64,000 nt of DNA from an uncultured Rhodospirillaceae bacterium (GTDB lineage: Bacteria; Pseudomonadota; Alphaproteobacteria; UBA11136): assembly GCA_964486105.1 (NCBI GenBank), contig CAZAKR010000005.1, positions 7,384-71,383 of the forward strand, written 5' to 3'. Positions within the stretch are counted from its first letter, which is position 1; every line of letters starts with the position of its first letter. The notes below the pieces were generated by a model that made no database searches, had not been told where the DNA came from, and was given only the letters and a program-made list of their open reading frames with translations. Both the position numbers and the translations under genes were made by a program. Below are positions 39,992 to 50,283 of this stretch, piece after piece.

Positions 39992-41542
39992 ATGTTCGCC
40001 GGCTTACGTCATATGGCGCGACTTCTTGGCATCGCCCGCACATTGGCCCGCCATGATGCGCTTTTTCCCCTTGAAGACCTGCGCCTGTCCCCGGCGCTGT
40101 TGTGCGCCCTGCGCCTCACCGCCTGGCCGGGGGCGAAGAAGATGGAGGGGCGGCGTCGGGGCGAAAAACTTGCCGCCGCACTCCAATCCATGGGGCCGAG
40201 TTTCATCAAGCTCGGCCAGGCCCTGGCCACCCGCTCTGACCTCCTCGGCGAGGAGGTAACCACCGACCTTTCGGCTCTTCAGGACCGGATGCCACCCTTT
40301 GACAGCGCCCTCGCAAAGGCCGCCATCGTGAAAGAGCTCGGGCAACCGCTTGACGATCTGTTCAGCTCTTTCGATTCCGAGCCGGTGGCGGCGGCCTCGA
40401 TTGCCCAGGTTCATTTCGCCGTAACGCATGAGGGCGCGCAGGTGGCTGTCAAGGTGTTGCGGCCGGGGATCGAGGCGGCCTTTGCCCGGGATATAGAACT
40501 TTTTACCTGGCTTGCCGAAACCCTGGAAATTCTGCGCCCCAATTTGCGCCGTCTTAAACCCGTCGAAGTGGTGCAGACACTGGAAAAATCGGTGCGTCTG
40601 GAGATGGATTTGCGCCTCGAGGCGGCGGCGGCCTCCGAACTGGCCGCCAATTTTGAGGGCGATTCCGATTTCGTTATCCCGGCCGTCGACTGGATTCGTA
40701 CCGGGCGGCGGGTGCTTACCCTTGAGCGGATCGAGGGCATCCGCATCGACCAGCGCGACGATCTGATCGAGGCCGGGTTCGACCCCACCGATATTCTCGC
40801 TAAATCGGCGGCGGCCTTTTTCCGCCAGGTCTTTCGCGACGGCTTTTTTCACGCCGATTTGCATCCCGGCAATCTGTTCGTCGACAAAAAAGGCCGGATC
40901 GTCGCCGTCGATTTCGGAATCACCGGACGCCTCGACATCGAGACCCGCAACTTTCTCGCCGACATACTGCTCGGTTTTCTCAACGGCGATTACGCCCGGG
41001 TCGCCGAGGTTCACTTCCGCGCCGGTTATGTCCCCGCAAATCAATCGCAGGAAACCTTTACCCAGGCCTGCCGGGCGATTGGCGAGCCCATCCTTGAGCG
41101 CCCCTTGCATGAGATCTCACTGGCCCGCCTGCTGTCCCAGCTTTTCCAGGTAACCGAAGAGTTCGAGATGGAAACCCAGCCTCAGCTCCTGTTGCTGCAA
41201 AAAACCATGCTGCTCGCCGAGGGCATGGGGCGCAAACTGAACCCGGACGTTAATATGTGGCAATTGGCGCGCCCCCTGATCGAGCAATGGATGATCGAAA
41301 ACCGGGGACCGGAAGCGCGGCTAAAACAGGCGGCAAAGGAGATTTCCACCGGGCTTGAGCGTCTGCCCACCCTGTTGCGCCATGCCGAACACGCCCTGAC
41401 CGGTCTTGCCGAGGGGGGGCTGAAACTCCATCCCGACACGGTGCGCAGTCTGCGCGGCGAAGGCGGCGGCACGCCCAAGGGCACCCTGGTCGCCTGGCTG
41501 ATCGCCGGCGCCCTGGCCGCCATTCTGGCCTTTACCCTTTAG
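39992..41542 (+). CDS. ubiB: Ubiquinone biosynthesis protein UbiB (ABC1/aarF kinase family)
   Basis: ABC1 kinase-like domain (…SFIKLGQALATRSDLL…FHADLHPGNLFV…) and a C-terminal transmembrane segment. The ATG at 39992 has an AAAGGG ribosome-binding site; the six-frame ORF is extended to 39575. Confidence 0.9.
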   Translation: MFAGLRHMARLLGIARTLARHDALFPLEDLRLSPALLCALRLTAWPGAKKMEGRRRGEKLAAALQSMGPSFIKLGQALATRSDLLGEEVTTDLSALQDRMPPFDSALAKAAIVKELGQPLDDLFSSFDSEPVAAASIAQVHFAVTHEGAQVAVKVLRPGIEAAFARDIELFTWLAETLEILRPNLRRLKPVEVVQTLEKSVRLEMDLRLEAAAASELAANFEGDSDFVIPAVDWIRTGRRVLTLERIEGIRIDQRDDLIEAGFDPTDILAKSAAAFFRQVFRDGFFHADLHPGNLFVDKKGRIVAVDFGITGRLDIETRNFLADILLGFLNGDYARVAEVHFRAGYVPANQSQETFTQACRAIGEPILERPLHEISLARLLSQLFQVTEEFEMETQPQLLLLQKTMLLAEGMGRKLNPDVNMWQLARPLIEQWMIENRGPEARLKQAAKEISTGLERLPTLLRHAEHALTGLAEGGLKLHPDTVRSLRGEGGGTPKGTLVAWLIAGALAAILAFTL

Positions 41543-41631
41543 GCCCCGTCCTCATCGGCCGGGGGGAACCGGCGGCCTGACTACACTTCTTTTCTTGTTA
41601 ATTTCGACCCTGGAAGCTAGTTTATCCACAA

Positions 41632-41640
41632 CCACAAACC
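41632..41640 (+). promoter_or_regulatory. Perfect consensus DnaA box (TTATCCACA) upstream of coaBC
   Basis: An exact 9-mer match to the canonical DnaA box lies about 60 bp upstream of the coaBC start. It is isolated, with no cluster of boxes. Confidence 0.3.
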
Positions 41641-41698
41641 GTAAATTGTTTGCGCGGCCCGGCACCCCTGGGTCGATAGTTTTTTTTGGAGTAAGCCC

Positions 41699-42916
41699 TT
41701 GCTGGCGGGAAAGCGCGTTCTTCTGATCGTCACCGGCGGTATTGCCGCCTATAAATGCCCCGAACTGGTCCGCAGCCTGACCCTGGCCGGAACGCGGGTG
41801 CGCTGTGTGCTGACCAAGGGCGGGGCGCAATTCGTCACGCCGTTGACCCTTTCGGCCCTGTCGGGCGAGAAAACCTACGACAGCCTCTTTTCCCTCACCG
41901 ACGAGAGTGAAATGGGCCATATCCGCCTCGCCCGGGAAGCCGATCTCTGCATCGTCGCCCCGGCAAGCGCCGATTTCCTCGCCAAGATGGCCAACGGACT
42001 GGCCGATGATCTCGCCTCTACCCTGCTTCTTGCGACGAACAGCGACATCCTCGTAGCGCCGGCCATGAACACCGCCATGTGGACCCATGACGCCACCCGG
42101 GACAATATGGCGCGGCTTTTAAAGCGCGGCGTTAAAACCGTCGGGCCGGGAGAAGGCGACCTTGCCTGCGGCGAGACCGGCGAGGGGCGGATGGCCGAAC
42201 CGGCGGAGATATTGGCCGCCGTCGAGAATTATTTTTCCCATGATGCGCCCTTATCGGGCCGCAAGGCCATCGTCACCAGCGGCCCCACCCATGAGGCCAT
42301 TGATCCGGTGCGCTATATCGCCAATCGTTCTTCCGGCCGCCAGGGCCATGCCATCGCAGATGCCCTGGCGCGCCTGGGGGCACAGACAATTCTCGTCTCC
42401 GGCCCGACCGGGGAACCCGACCCCGCCGGAATCGAGGTCGTCCGGGTGATAAGCGCGCGGGATATGCTGGCCGCCGTCACCAACGCCCTGCCCGCCGATA
42501 TCGCCGTATGCGCGGCCGCCGTCGCCGATTGGCGGGTTAATGAGGCGAGCGCCGCCAAGATCAAGAAATCCGGCGGCGCGCCGCCAAGACTGGAATTGAG
42601 CGAAAATCCTGACATCCTCGCCACCTTGGCCCAGGCCGGGAATTTAAGGCCGGGGCTTTTGATCGGTTTTGCCGCCGAGACCCAGAGCGACCCTGAAAAA
42701 CTGATCGAGATCGCCACCGCCAAGCGCGCCGCCAAGGATTGCGACTGGATGCTCGCCAACGATGTCTCGGCCCATACAGGCACCTTTGGCGGCCTGGAGA
42801 ACGCCGTCCATCTGATCGACGGGACAAAAGTCGAGGCCTGGGAAAAAACCTCGAAAGAAGACATCGCCCGCCAGCTGGCCGACCGCATCGCCGCCCATTT
42901 CGCTGCCGCCGCCTGA
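41699..42916 (+). CDS. coaBC: Bifunctional phosphopantothenoylcysteine decarboxylase / phosphopantothenate--cysteine ligase
   Basis: N-terminal flavoprotein domain ([14 protein letters not shown]) and a C-terminal CoaB domain. Confidence 0.9.
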   Translation: MLAGKRVLLIVTGGIAAYKCPELVRSLTLAGTRVRCVLTKGGAQFVTPLTLSALSGEKTYDSLFSLTDESEMGHIRLAREADLCIVAPASADFLAKMANGLADDLASTLLLATNSDILVAPAMNTAMWTHDATRDNMARLLKRGVKTVGPGEGDLACGETGEGRMAEPAEILAAVENYFSHDAPLSGRKAIVTSGPTHEAIDPVRYIANRSSGRQGHAIADALARLGAQTILVSGPTGEPDPAGIEVVRVISARDMLAAVTNALPADIAVCAAAVADWRVNEASAAKIKKSGGAPPRLELSENPDILATLAQAGNLRPGLLIGFAAETQSDPEKLIEIATAKRAAKDCDWMLANDVSAHTGTFGGLENAVHLIDGTKVEAWEKTSKEDIARQLADRIAAHFAAAA

Positions 42917-42929
42917 CCGGACCCGCCCC

Positions 42930-43451
42930 ATGAAACCCACCCCTCTTGCCCAGAATTCAATGGTTGCCGCCGAGGCCCCGGTGCTGAAGGTGGACATCCA
43001 GCGCCTGCCCCAGGCCCAGGACATGCCCCTGCCCTCTTCGGCCACGGCGCAAAGTGCGGGTTACGATCTTTGCGCCTGTGTGGAAGCGCCGCTAACCCTT
43101 GGCCCGGGTGAGCGGGCCGCTATTCCCACCGGCTTTGCGATCGCCCTGCCGCCGGGTTTTGAAGGCCAGGTGCGGCCGCGTTCGGGACTGGCGCTGAAAC
43201 ACGGCATCACCGTTCTCAACGCGCCGGGCACCATTGACGCCGATTACCGGGGCGAGGTTTGCGTCATCCTGATTAATACAAGCGAGGCGGATTTTACCAT
43301 TGAGCGGGGCATGCGGATCGCCCAACTAATCGTCGCCCCTGTTACCATCCTGGACTGGAACGAATGCGACAGCCTTCAGAGCAGCGCCCGGGGCAGCGGC
43401 GGTTTCGGCTCGACGGGACTGAAGGAAACAGTAGAAGGCGGAAAAAAATAA
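42930..43451 (+). CDS. dut: dUTP diphosphatase
   Basis: dUTPase motifs ([32 protein letters not shown]). Confidence 0.85.
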   Translation: MKPTPLAQNSMVAAEAPVLKVDIQRLPQAQDMPLPSSATAQSAGYDLCACVEAPLTLGPGERAAIPTGFAIALPPGFEGQVRPRSGLALKHGITVLNAPGTIDADYRGEVCVILINTSEADFTIERGMRIAQLIVAPVTILDWNECDSLQSSARGSGGFGSTGLKETVEGGKK

Positions 43452-43453
43452 TC

Positions 43454-43909
43454 ATGCTCAAGCTGTCGAAAAAACTTCTCTTTGCCATCGAGGCGGTTGT
43501 CGATATCGCCTACAACGCCGGCAGCCTGCCGGTCCAGAACCGGGAGATCACCCGCCGTCAGGGAATTCCCCGGCGCTATCTCGAACAGGTTCTCCAGCAT
43601 CTGGTACGGGCCAATATCCTGGTCGGCGTGCGCGGCCCACGGGGCGGCTATCGCCTGGCCCGTGAACGCAGGCGCATTTCCGTCGGTGAAATCAGCCAGG
43701 TCGTCCGTGCCATGGAGACCGCCGCCAACCCCGTCGATGAGCCCGCCGAGTCGGAGATCGGACGCAAGGTCGTTCGTCCGCTCTGGGGCGAGCTTCAGGA
43801 CGAAGTAATGGCGCGCCTCGACGCGATTACCATCGAAGATCTGTGCCTGCGGGCCCATAAGGAAAACATCGAAAGCGAAACCGCCCAGAAACTCGACTTT
43901 ACGATCTGA
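43454..43909 (+). CDS. Rrf2-family transcriptional regulator (CymR-like, no Fe-S ligand cysteines)
   Basis: Rrf2 winged-helix domain (…RYLEQVLQHLVRANILVGVRGPRGGYRLAR…). It lacks the three-Cys cluster of IscR/NsrR and sits immediately upstream of cysK. Confidence 0.7.
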   Translation: MLKLSKKLLFAIEAVVDIAYNAGSLPVQNREITRRQGIPRRYLEQVLQHLVRANILVGVRGPRGGYRLARERRRISVGEISQVVRAMETAANPVDEPAESEIGRKVVRPLWGELQDEVMARLDAITIEDLCLRAHKENIESETAQKLDFTI

Positions 43910-43998
43910 GCCAAAGCTGTGAGACGAAAACAGCGGGAATGGGGCGGTTTTAGATAAAAGTTTAAAAAACAAAAAGACCACATAGGGAGGAGAGATAC

Positions 43999-44958
43999 AT
44001 GAGTGACAGCAATTCAGAATTTCGCGGACGCATTTATGACGACATCACCCAGACCATCGGCGCGACGCCTCTGGTGCGGGTAGGCAAGTTGATGGCCGAT
44101 GCGGATTGCAAGGCCGATATTGTCTGCAAGCTGGAATTTTTTAACCCCCTGGCCTCGGTAAAAGACCGCATCGGCCTGGCGATGATCGAAGCGGCGGAAA
44201 AGTCGGGCAAGCTCAAACCCGATACGGTGCTCGTTGAGCCGACCAGCGGCAATACCGGAATCGCCCTTGCCTTCGTCTGCGCGGCGCGGGGCTATCGCCT
44301 GATCCTGACCATGCCCGAAAGCATGTCGATCGAGCGCCGCAAAATGCTGTCCCTGCTGGGTGCGGAACTGGAGCTGACCCCGGCGGCAAAAGGCATGAAG
44401 GGCGCCATTGCCAGGGCCGAGGAACTGGTTGCCGAGCTGCCTAATGCGCTGATCCCCCAGCAATTCGAAAATCCGGCCAACCCGGACGTTCACCGGCGCA
44501 CCACGGCCGAAGAAATCTGGAAAGATACCGGCGGCAAGGTTGATGTAGTGATCAGCGGTGTCGGCACCGGCGGCACCATCACCGGTGTCGGCGAGGTGCT
44601 GAAATCCCATAATTCGGATGTCCGCATGGTCGCCGTAGAGCCCGAGGATTCCCCGGTTCTTTCCGGCGGTCTGCCCGGTCCTCACAAAATCCAGGGGATC
44701 GGCGCCGGATTCGTCCCCGAGATCGTCAATCGCGAGATCATCGATGAGGTGGTTCGCATCGGCAACGAAACGGCGATGGCCACGGCGCGCAAGGTCGCCC
44801 GGCTTGAGGGCCTGCCGGTCGGCATCTCCTCAGGCGCCGCCCTGGCGGCGGCGCTCGAGATCGGCGCCCGGGACGACATGGCGGGCAAGTTGATTGTCGT
44901 CGTCATTCCCTCGTTCGCCGAGCGCTATCTTTCCACCGCCCTGTTCGACGATCTATAG
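43999..44958 (+). CDS. cysK: Cysteine synthase A (O-acetylserine sulfhydrylase)
   Basis: PLP-dependent family (…[11 protein letters not shown]…SGNTGIALA…[10 protein letters not shown]…). Confidence 0.9.
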   Translation: MSDSNSEFRGRIYDDITQTIGATPLVRVGKLMADADCKADIVCKLEFFNPLASVKDRIGLAMIEAAEKSGKLKPDTVLVEPTSGNTGIALAFVCAARGYRLILTMPESMSIERRKMLSLLGAELELTPAAKGMKGAIARAEELVAELPNALIPQQFENPANPDVHRRTTAEEIWKDTGGKVDVVISGVGTGGTITGVGEVLKSHNSDVRMVAVEPEDSPVLSGGLPGPHKIQGIGAGFVPEIVNREIIDEVVRIGNETAMATARKVARLEGLPVGISSGAALAAALEIGARDDMAGKLIVVVIPSFAERYLSTALFDDL

Positions 44959-44973
44959 GAAAAAGGCGCCGGC

Positions 44974-45822
44974 GTGAACGGCAACCAGCCGACCCAGGAC
45001 AAGAAAAAGTCCGCCCCGGCGGATTTCACCGAGGATCAGCTTTCCCGCTATGCCCGGCACATCCTTTTGCCGGAGGTTGGCGGCAAGGGTCAGGCCCGGC
45101 TTCAGGGTGCCTCGGTACTGGTGATCGGGGCCGGGGGACTGGGCAGCCCGGTGCTGCTCTATCTCGCCGCTGCCGGTGTCGGGCGGATCGGCATCATCGA
45201 CGACGATGCGGTCGATCTTTCAAACCTGCAACGCCAGATCATTCACGCCACACCCGACATCGGACGGCCCAAGACCGACAGCGCCAGGGAAGCGCTCGCC
45301 GCCCTCAACCCGGATGTGCGGGTTGAAGCCCATCACAAGCGGCTGACGGCTGAAAACGCAATCGACATTATCGCCGGCTATGACCTTGTCGCCGACGGCT
45401 CGGACAATTTCGCCACCCGCTATCTGGTCAACGATGCCTGTCATCTCGAGGGCAAACCTCTGATCTCCGCCGCCATCCTGCGCTTCGACGCCCAGATCAC
45501 GACCTTTAAATCCTATCTCGGCGACGGCCATCCCTGTTACCGCTGCATCTTTCCCGAACCGCCCCGCGAGGGCCTTGTTCCGTCTTGCGCCGAAGCCGGG
45601 GTTTTCGGCGCCGTGGCCGGTGTCGCCGGCACTCTCCAGGCGACCGAAATCATTAAGGAACTGCTTGGCATCGGCGACGGGCTGTCCGGGCGGCTGATGC
45701 TCTATGACGCGCTCGGCGCTACCTTTCAGACCATCGATGTCAAAGCGGACCCGGCCTGCCCCCTGTGCGGAGAGAGCCCGCGCTGGCATGACCTCGCCCA
45801 TCACCGGGAGGGCGAAACATGA
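44974..45822 (+). CDS. ThiF/MoeB-family E1-like adenylyltransferase
   Basis: Nucleotide-binding GxGxxG (IGAGGLGS) and two CxxC pairs (CYRC, CPLCG) forming the Zn site typical of MoeB/ThiF. There is no C-terminal rhodanese domain. Confidence 0.8.
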   Translation: MNGNQPTQDKKKSAPADFTEDQLSRYARHILLPEVGGKGQARLQGASVLVIGAGGLGSPVLLYLAAAGVGRIGIIDDDAVDLSNLQRQIIHATPDIGRPKTDSAREALAALNPDVRVEAHHKRLTAENAIDIIAGYDLVADGSDNFATRYLVNDACHLEGKPLISAAILRFDAQITTFKSYLGDGHPCYRCIFPEPPREGLVPSCAEAGVFGAVAGVAGTLQATEIIKELLGIGDGLSGRLMLYDALGATFQTIDVKADPACPLCGESPRWHDLAHHREGET

Positions 45823-46271
45823 GCAAAACGGTAAACAGCACCGGAAACAAGGCGGGGCTCGGCCTGATCGTCTTTTCGGGTGATTATGAGCGGGTCCATT
45901 ACGCCCTGGTGACGGCGAGCGCGGCGGCCGCCACAAACCGCCCCGCCACCCTGTTTTTTACCCATGGGGCGGCCCGCGCCCTGATCGAAAAAGATGAGGC
46001 GGGAAATCCCGGCTGGCATGGCCTGGGGGGCCGGGACGACCGGATTGCGATGGAAATCGATGGCGAGTATATGGCGCGTGGGATTGCCGGATTCGAGGAA
46101 TTGCTGGCCGCCTGCAGCGATCTCGGCGTCACCTTCATGGTCTGCGAGATGGGATTGCGGGCTCTGGGCCTGGAAGAGGCGCCAAGACGCCCCGATATTG
46201 CCATCCAAAGCGGCGGCATGGTCAGCTTCCTCGCTGAGGCCCATGAAGACGCCCGCATCATTTTTATCTGA
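45819..46271 (+). CDS. DsrE/DsrF-like (YchN-fold) protein
   Basis: 150 aa with the sequence pattern …GLGLIVFSGDYERVHYAL…TFMVCEMGLRALG…, which matches the DsrE/DsrF-like fold with a conserved Cys. Its start overlaps the stop of the ThiF-like gene (ATGA). Confidence 0.55.
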   Translation: MSKTVNSTGNKAGLGLIVFSGDYERVHYALVTASAAAATNRPATLFFTHGAARALIEKDEAGNPGWHGLGGRDDRIAMEIDGEYMARGIAGFEELLAACSDLGVTFMVCEMGLRALGLEEAPRRPDIAIQSGGMVSFLAEAHEDARIIFI

Positions 46272-46302
46272 GCACGGTCACGGCGCAAAAGCGCCAGCCG
46301 TT

Positions 46303-47289
46303 CTAGAACATGGTTTCGATGACCCGGTCGGGAGGATTGTGCCCGTCGGCAAAGGTCTTGATGTTGATAATCACCTTTTCGCCCATATCAATCCGGCCCT
46401 CGATTGTCGCCGAGCCCATATGGGGTAACAGCACCACGTTATCGAGTTCCAGCAGCTTCGGGTTGACGGCGGGTTCGTGCTCGAAAACGTCAAGCCCGGC
46501 GCCGGCAATCTCGCCGGCGGCCAGAAGGCGGGTCAGGGCGTTTTCATCCACCACCTCGCCACGGGACGTATTAACGATATAGCTGTCCTTGTGCATCAAT
46601 TTCAGACGCCGCGCCGACAGCAGATGGAAGGTCGCCGGGGTATGGGGGCAATTGATGGAAACGATATCAACATGGGCCAGCATCTGATCGAGGCTTTCCC
46701 AATAGGTGGCTTCAAGTTCCTGTTCTACCTTGGAATCGACACGCCGCCTGTTGTGATAATGAATGGCAAGACCGAATCCACGGGCCCGGTGCGCTACCGC
46801 GGCGCCAATCCGTCCCATGCCGATAATGCCGAGGCGCTTGCCCCAGATCCGATGGCCGAGCATGGCGGTCGGGCTCCAGCCCTTCCATTCCCCCGAACGC
46901 ACCCGTTTCTCGCCCTCGACCAGACGGCGGGGCAGAGACAACATCAGGGCCATGGTCATATCGGCGGTGTCTTCGGTCAGAACCCCCGGCGTATTGGTCA
47001 CTGTAATGCCACGGGTGCGGGCCGTACTGAGATCGATGTGATCGACGCCGGTGCCGAAATTGGCGACCAGACGGAGATTCGGGCCGGCCTGGGAGAGAAC
47101 CGAGGAATCAATGCGGTCGGTAACCGTCGGCACGAGAACATCAGCCTCCTTGGCCGCCGCGATCAGGTCGGCCTGGGTCATCGGCTCATCGTCGCGATTA
47201 AGCCGCGCATCGAAGAGCTCCATCATCCGGGTCTCTATCGCATCGGGGAGCTTGCGCGTGACAATTACAACCGGTTTCTTCTTCGCCAT
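46303..47289 (-). CDS. D-isomer-specific 2-hydroxyacid dehydrogenase (glyoxylate/hydroxypyruvate reductase-like)
   Basis: NAD-binding GxGxxG (GIIGMGRIGAAVA) and a catalytic R/E/H triad region (…NTSRG…HMGSAT…). Confidence 0.8.
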   Translation of the reverse strand: MAKKKPVVIVTRKLPDAIETRMMELFDARLNRDDEPMTQADLIAAAKEADVLVPTVTDRIDSSVLSQAGPNLRLVANFGTGVDHIDLSTARTRGITVTNTPGVLTEDTADMTMALMLSLPRRLVEGEKRVRSGEWKGWSPTAMLGHRIWGKRLGIIGMGRIGAAVAHRARGFGLAIHYHNRRRVDSKVEQELEATYWESLDQMLAHVDIVSINCPHTPATFHLLSARRLKLMHKDSYIVNTSRGEVVDENALTRLLAAGEIAGAGLDVFEHEPAVNPKLLELDNVVLLPHMGSATIEGRIDMGEKVIINIKTFADGHNPPDRVIETMF

Positions 47290-47588
47290 AAAATTCCTCC
47301 CAAATCAAATTGCCGGGCCGCATTTCGTTATTTGCCCGAGCCCCGCGTTGGGGCGGCACGGCACCATCTCTTTATCTGCACAGGGCCATAACAAGATGAG
47401 GTGGGCTTGTCCAGTAAATCTGCGGAAAACAAGGGCCTATAAGGAGCCGAAGCGGCTTTTCTCACATTTTTTACGGAAACTCTTTGCCAAGAGGGGTTGG
47501 AGGCGAATAAATAACCGCCATGCACTTGTTTCTTCCCCTTCCCCCAAGGACAGGATTCCGGTTTTTTGGCCTGCCAAAGGGGCTTTTT

Positions 47589-48056
47589 ATGGCCGCACTC
47601 GTTCTTTTTTGCGCCCTTATACCGGCGATGCCCCGCGCCCAGGAGCCCCTTCCCATTCCGCGTTTTGTTTCGCTCCGCGCTTCCGAGGTCAATCTGCGCA
47701 CCGGGCCGGGGGTGCGATATCCGGTCGAATGGATTTATGTACGCAAGGGCGTGCCGGTTGAGATCATCGCCGAGTTCGAAAACTGGCGTAAGGTGCGCGA
47801 CTGGCGCGGCACCCTTGGCTGGGTTCATCGCAGTATGTTGTCGGGTAAGCGCTCTCTTGTTATTACCGGCGAACGCCGGGCCCTGCGCAGCGATCCCTCG
47901 CTTCAGGCCGATATCGCCTCGCTGATCGATCCCGGCGTTTTTGGCCGCCTGGAAAAATGCGAAGAAGACTGGTGTCTGGTTGAGATCGGAAATGAGAGCG
48001 GCTGGCTGCAGCGCTTTGAATTCTGGGGTGTTTATCCTCAAGAAGCCCTTGAATGA
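47589..48056 (+). CDS. Bacterial SH3-like domain exported protein (COG3807-like)
   Basis: Signal peptide (MAALVLFCALIPAMPRAQE) followed by …VNLRTGPGVRYPVEWIYVRKGVPVEII…WRKVRDWRGTLGWVHRSML…. Confidence 0.6.
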   Translation: MAALVLFCALIPAMPRAQEPLPIPRFVSLRASEVNLRTGPGVRYPVEWIYVRKGVPVEIIAEFENWRKVRDWRGTLGWVHRSMLSGKRSLVITGERRALRSDPSLQADIASLIDPGVFGRLEKCEEDWCLVEIGNESGWLQRFEFWGVYPQEALE

Positions 48057-48078
48057 AAGAGCCCCTGAAACCTTCAGC

Positions 48079-48672
48079 CTAATCGAAATCCTGCGCCAGG
48101 GCGGCAAGGGTTTCCTCTGACATTTTCGCCACATGGGCATAAGCCGGATGGTCGATGGCAACGATCACTTCCGCGCCGTCCCGGCGAAAGGCGGCAACCG
48201 CCTCGTCGGGAAATGGAAAATGCACGAAATGCACCGAGGAGGCCTTGCCCTCGGCCGTGGTGCGGTCGAGGTCACGCTCGGCCACGGCCTTGATGATCAC
48301 CTCGCCGATCCTGATCGACAGGCATTCCTCAACCCCACCGAGCTTTGCCAGCATCCCACGACGACGGTCCTCGTTCTCGATTTCAATCATGAAGGTGGCG
48401 ATCAACTCGCTGCCCTGGGGGATCAGCGGGTTATAGGCCTCGAGCTCGCCATCGATCTGATCCTCGCCGCCGCGTTCGATATAGAGCATTTCGTGAACCT
48501 GGTACCACATGGTGTCATAGCTCTCGAAATAGAATGTCGCATCGGGGCCGACATGGACCCGGCGGTTTTTCTTGACCCTCGAAATATCGCTGCGACGCTG
48601 CCGCCGCTCTTCTCCATAGACCGCCATATCGACAACATCGGCCCGGGTGATTTTATGTTCTTCAACAGACAT
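48079..48672 (-). CDS. DUF3501-family protein
   Basis: 197 aa. The family assignment rests on overall sequence pattern and on its position immediately downstream of the CCG-domain Fe-S protein, the usual genomic context for DUF3501. Confidence 0.6.
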   Translation of the reverse strand: MSVEEHKITRADVVDMAVYGEERRQRRSDISRVKKNRRVHVGPDATFYFESYDTMWYQVHEMLYIERGGEDQIDGELEAYNPLIPQGSELIATFMIEIENEDRRRGMLAKLGGVEECLSIRIGEVIIKAVAERDLDRTTAEGKASSVHFVHFPFPDEAVAAFRRDGAEVIVAIDHPAYAHVAKMSEETLAALAQDFD

Positions 48673-48701
48673 TTTTCTTCAACTTTTCCCTGATCTGAAA
48701 T

Positions 48702-50015
48702 TCAGCCGCCATTGCGGCCATAAGCCATCGCCATGAGTTCGATCGGATGACGGGAGGGTGGACTTTCCCCCCCATCCTCTTCGAGTGTTTCAACACCCTG
48801 GACGATATGCGCCCCGGCTAGGGGACATTCCGAGGCCAAATGGGCCTTTTCATTCTTTTTCACACTCCGCGCCACCGGCTTGCCGACCTTCAGGGCAATC
48901 GGGAAATTTTCCTTAAATATTCCCCACGATCCGCCATGGCCCGAACAACGTTCGACAACCGCAATTTCGGTGTCGGGAATGAGCCGCAGCATCTCGGCCC
49001 CCATCGGCCCCATATTCTGGGCTCTGGCGTGACAGGCGAGATGCAGCGAGACGCCGCCGGCAAGCGGTTTCATGCCCGCAGCCAATCCCTCCTTGCGCGA
49101 GATATCGACGACATATTCCGTAATGTCGAAACTCGCCTTTGCCAGCGCCTTCACATTTTCATCGTCGGGCAGAATCAAGGGCCATTCGAACTTCATCATC
49201 AGAGCGCAGGAGGGAACCAGCGCCACCACGTCAAAACCCTTGTCGATCCATTCCTTAAAGGCGGCGCTGACCGTGCGTGCCTGATCGGCCACTGCTTCTA
49301 AGTCACCACCCTCCAGCTGCGGCATGCCACAGCAACCGGGATAGACGATTTCCGTCTCAACCCCGTTGAGCCCTAAAACCTCAAGCGCCGCGCTGCCGAT
49401 TGACGGGGCGTTGTAATTGGCAAAGCAGGTGGCGAAGACAGCCACCTTGCGGCCATGGCCGGGGGCTTGCCTATTAACCTCCGGCCGGGTCTTGCCGTCG
49501 ACCAAGGTGGGGCGGCGATAGACCGGCAAAGCCGCTTTGCGATGAATGCCGGCGATCATTTCCATTACCGTGCGGGTCAGGCCGTTGGCGGTTTTGGTCG
49601 CCCAGTTGACCAGCCCCAATACCGGCCCGGCAAGCTTGGCGTTGCGGTCGGTCTGGCAGATCTGGCGATGAACGAAGGGGGTTTTTCCCTGTTTCAATTC
49701 CATCGCCCGATAACGCAGCATGAGATGGGGGAAATCGAGATCGAATTCATGGGGCGGCACATAAGGACATTTGACCATGAAGCACATGTCGCAGAGCGTG
49801 CAGGCATCGACCACCGGCTTGAAGTCCTTGCTCTCCACACTATCGAGCTCGCCACTGTCGGATTCGTCGATAAGATCGAAGAGGCGGGGAAAACTGTCGC
49901 AGAGATTGAAACAACGGCGGCAGCCGTGGCAAATGTCGAAGACCCGGCGCAACTCGGCATCGATTATATCCGGGTCGGTATATTCCGGATCCTGCCAGGC
50001 AATGGGATGGCGCAT
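48702..50015 (-). CDS. Heterodisulfide-reductase-related (HdrD/GlpC-like) iron-sulfur protein with Cys-rich CCG domains
   Basis: An N-terminal ferredoxin-like Cys cluster (CHGCRRCFNLC…CTLCDMCFMVKCP) and C-terminal CCG-type motifs (…CFANYN…YPGCCG…, …CALMMK…, …LACHARAQN…, …ERCSGHGG…). Confidence 0.75.
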   Translation of the reverse strand: MRHPIAWQDPEYTDPDIIDAELRRVFDICHGCRRCFNLCDSFPRLFDLIDESDSGELDSVESKDFKPVVDACTLCDMCFMVKCPYVPPHEFDLDFPHLMLRYRAMELKQGKTPFVHRQICQTDRNAKLAGPVLGLVNWATKTANGLTRTVMEMIAGIHRKAALPVYRRPTLVDGKTRPEVNRQAPGHGRKVAVFATCFANYNAPSIGSAALEVLGLNGVETEIVYPGCCGMPQLEGGDLEAVADQARTVSAAFKEWIDKGFDVVALVPSCALMMKFEWPLILPDDENVKALAKASFDITEYVVDISRKEGLAAGMKPLAGGVSLHLACHARAQNMGPMGAEMLRLIPDTEIAVVERCSGHGGSWGIFKENFPIALKVGKPVARSVKKNEKAHLASECPLAGAHIVQGVETLEEDGGESPPSRHPIELMAMAYGRNGG

Positions 50016-50195
50016 CGGCGCGCCCAGACCACCTTCTTGCATTATGCCTTCGCCCCTCTCTTTTTGCCTGCTGTATTACCGCTTTATTTTACGCCTCCGT
50101 CGGCGGGTTTCAAAACGGCTTCCTGCACCATAATTCGGCCGACTGAACGGCGACTGAACACCGGGGGCTCAACACCTCCAGATCCCGTCGGTTTT

Positions 50196-50240
50196 ATAAA
50201 AAAGACCGGCCGGGCCCGATTAATGAGCGCCGACCGGTCT
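50196..50240 (-). terminator. Putative intrinsic terminator downstream of rubrerythrin
   Basis: On the minus strand: an AGACCGG…CCGGTCT stem (7 bp perfect, extended with mismatches) followed by TTTTTTAT. It lies between the rubrerythrin stop (50284) and the HdrD-like gene start. Confidence 0.45.
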
Positions 50241-50283
50241 AATATATAAAACATACCGGGCCATGGGACCCGAATGTTAAAGC

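Noticed and set aside
46272-46302. Hairpin GGCGCaaaaGCGCC between convergent dsrE-like and 2-hydroxyacid dehydrogenase genes as a bidirectional terminator
   Set aside because: The 5-bp stem has no flanking U-run on either strand. Too weak to call.
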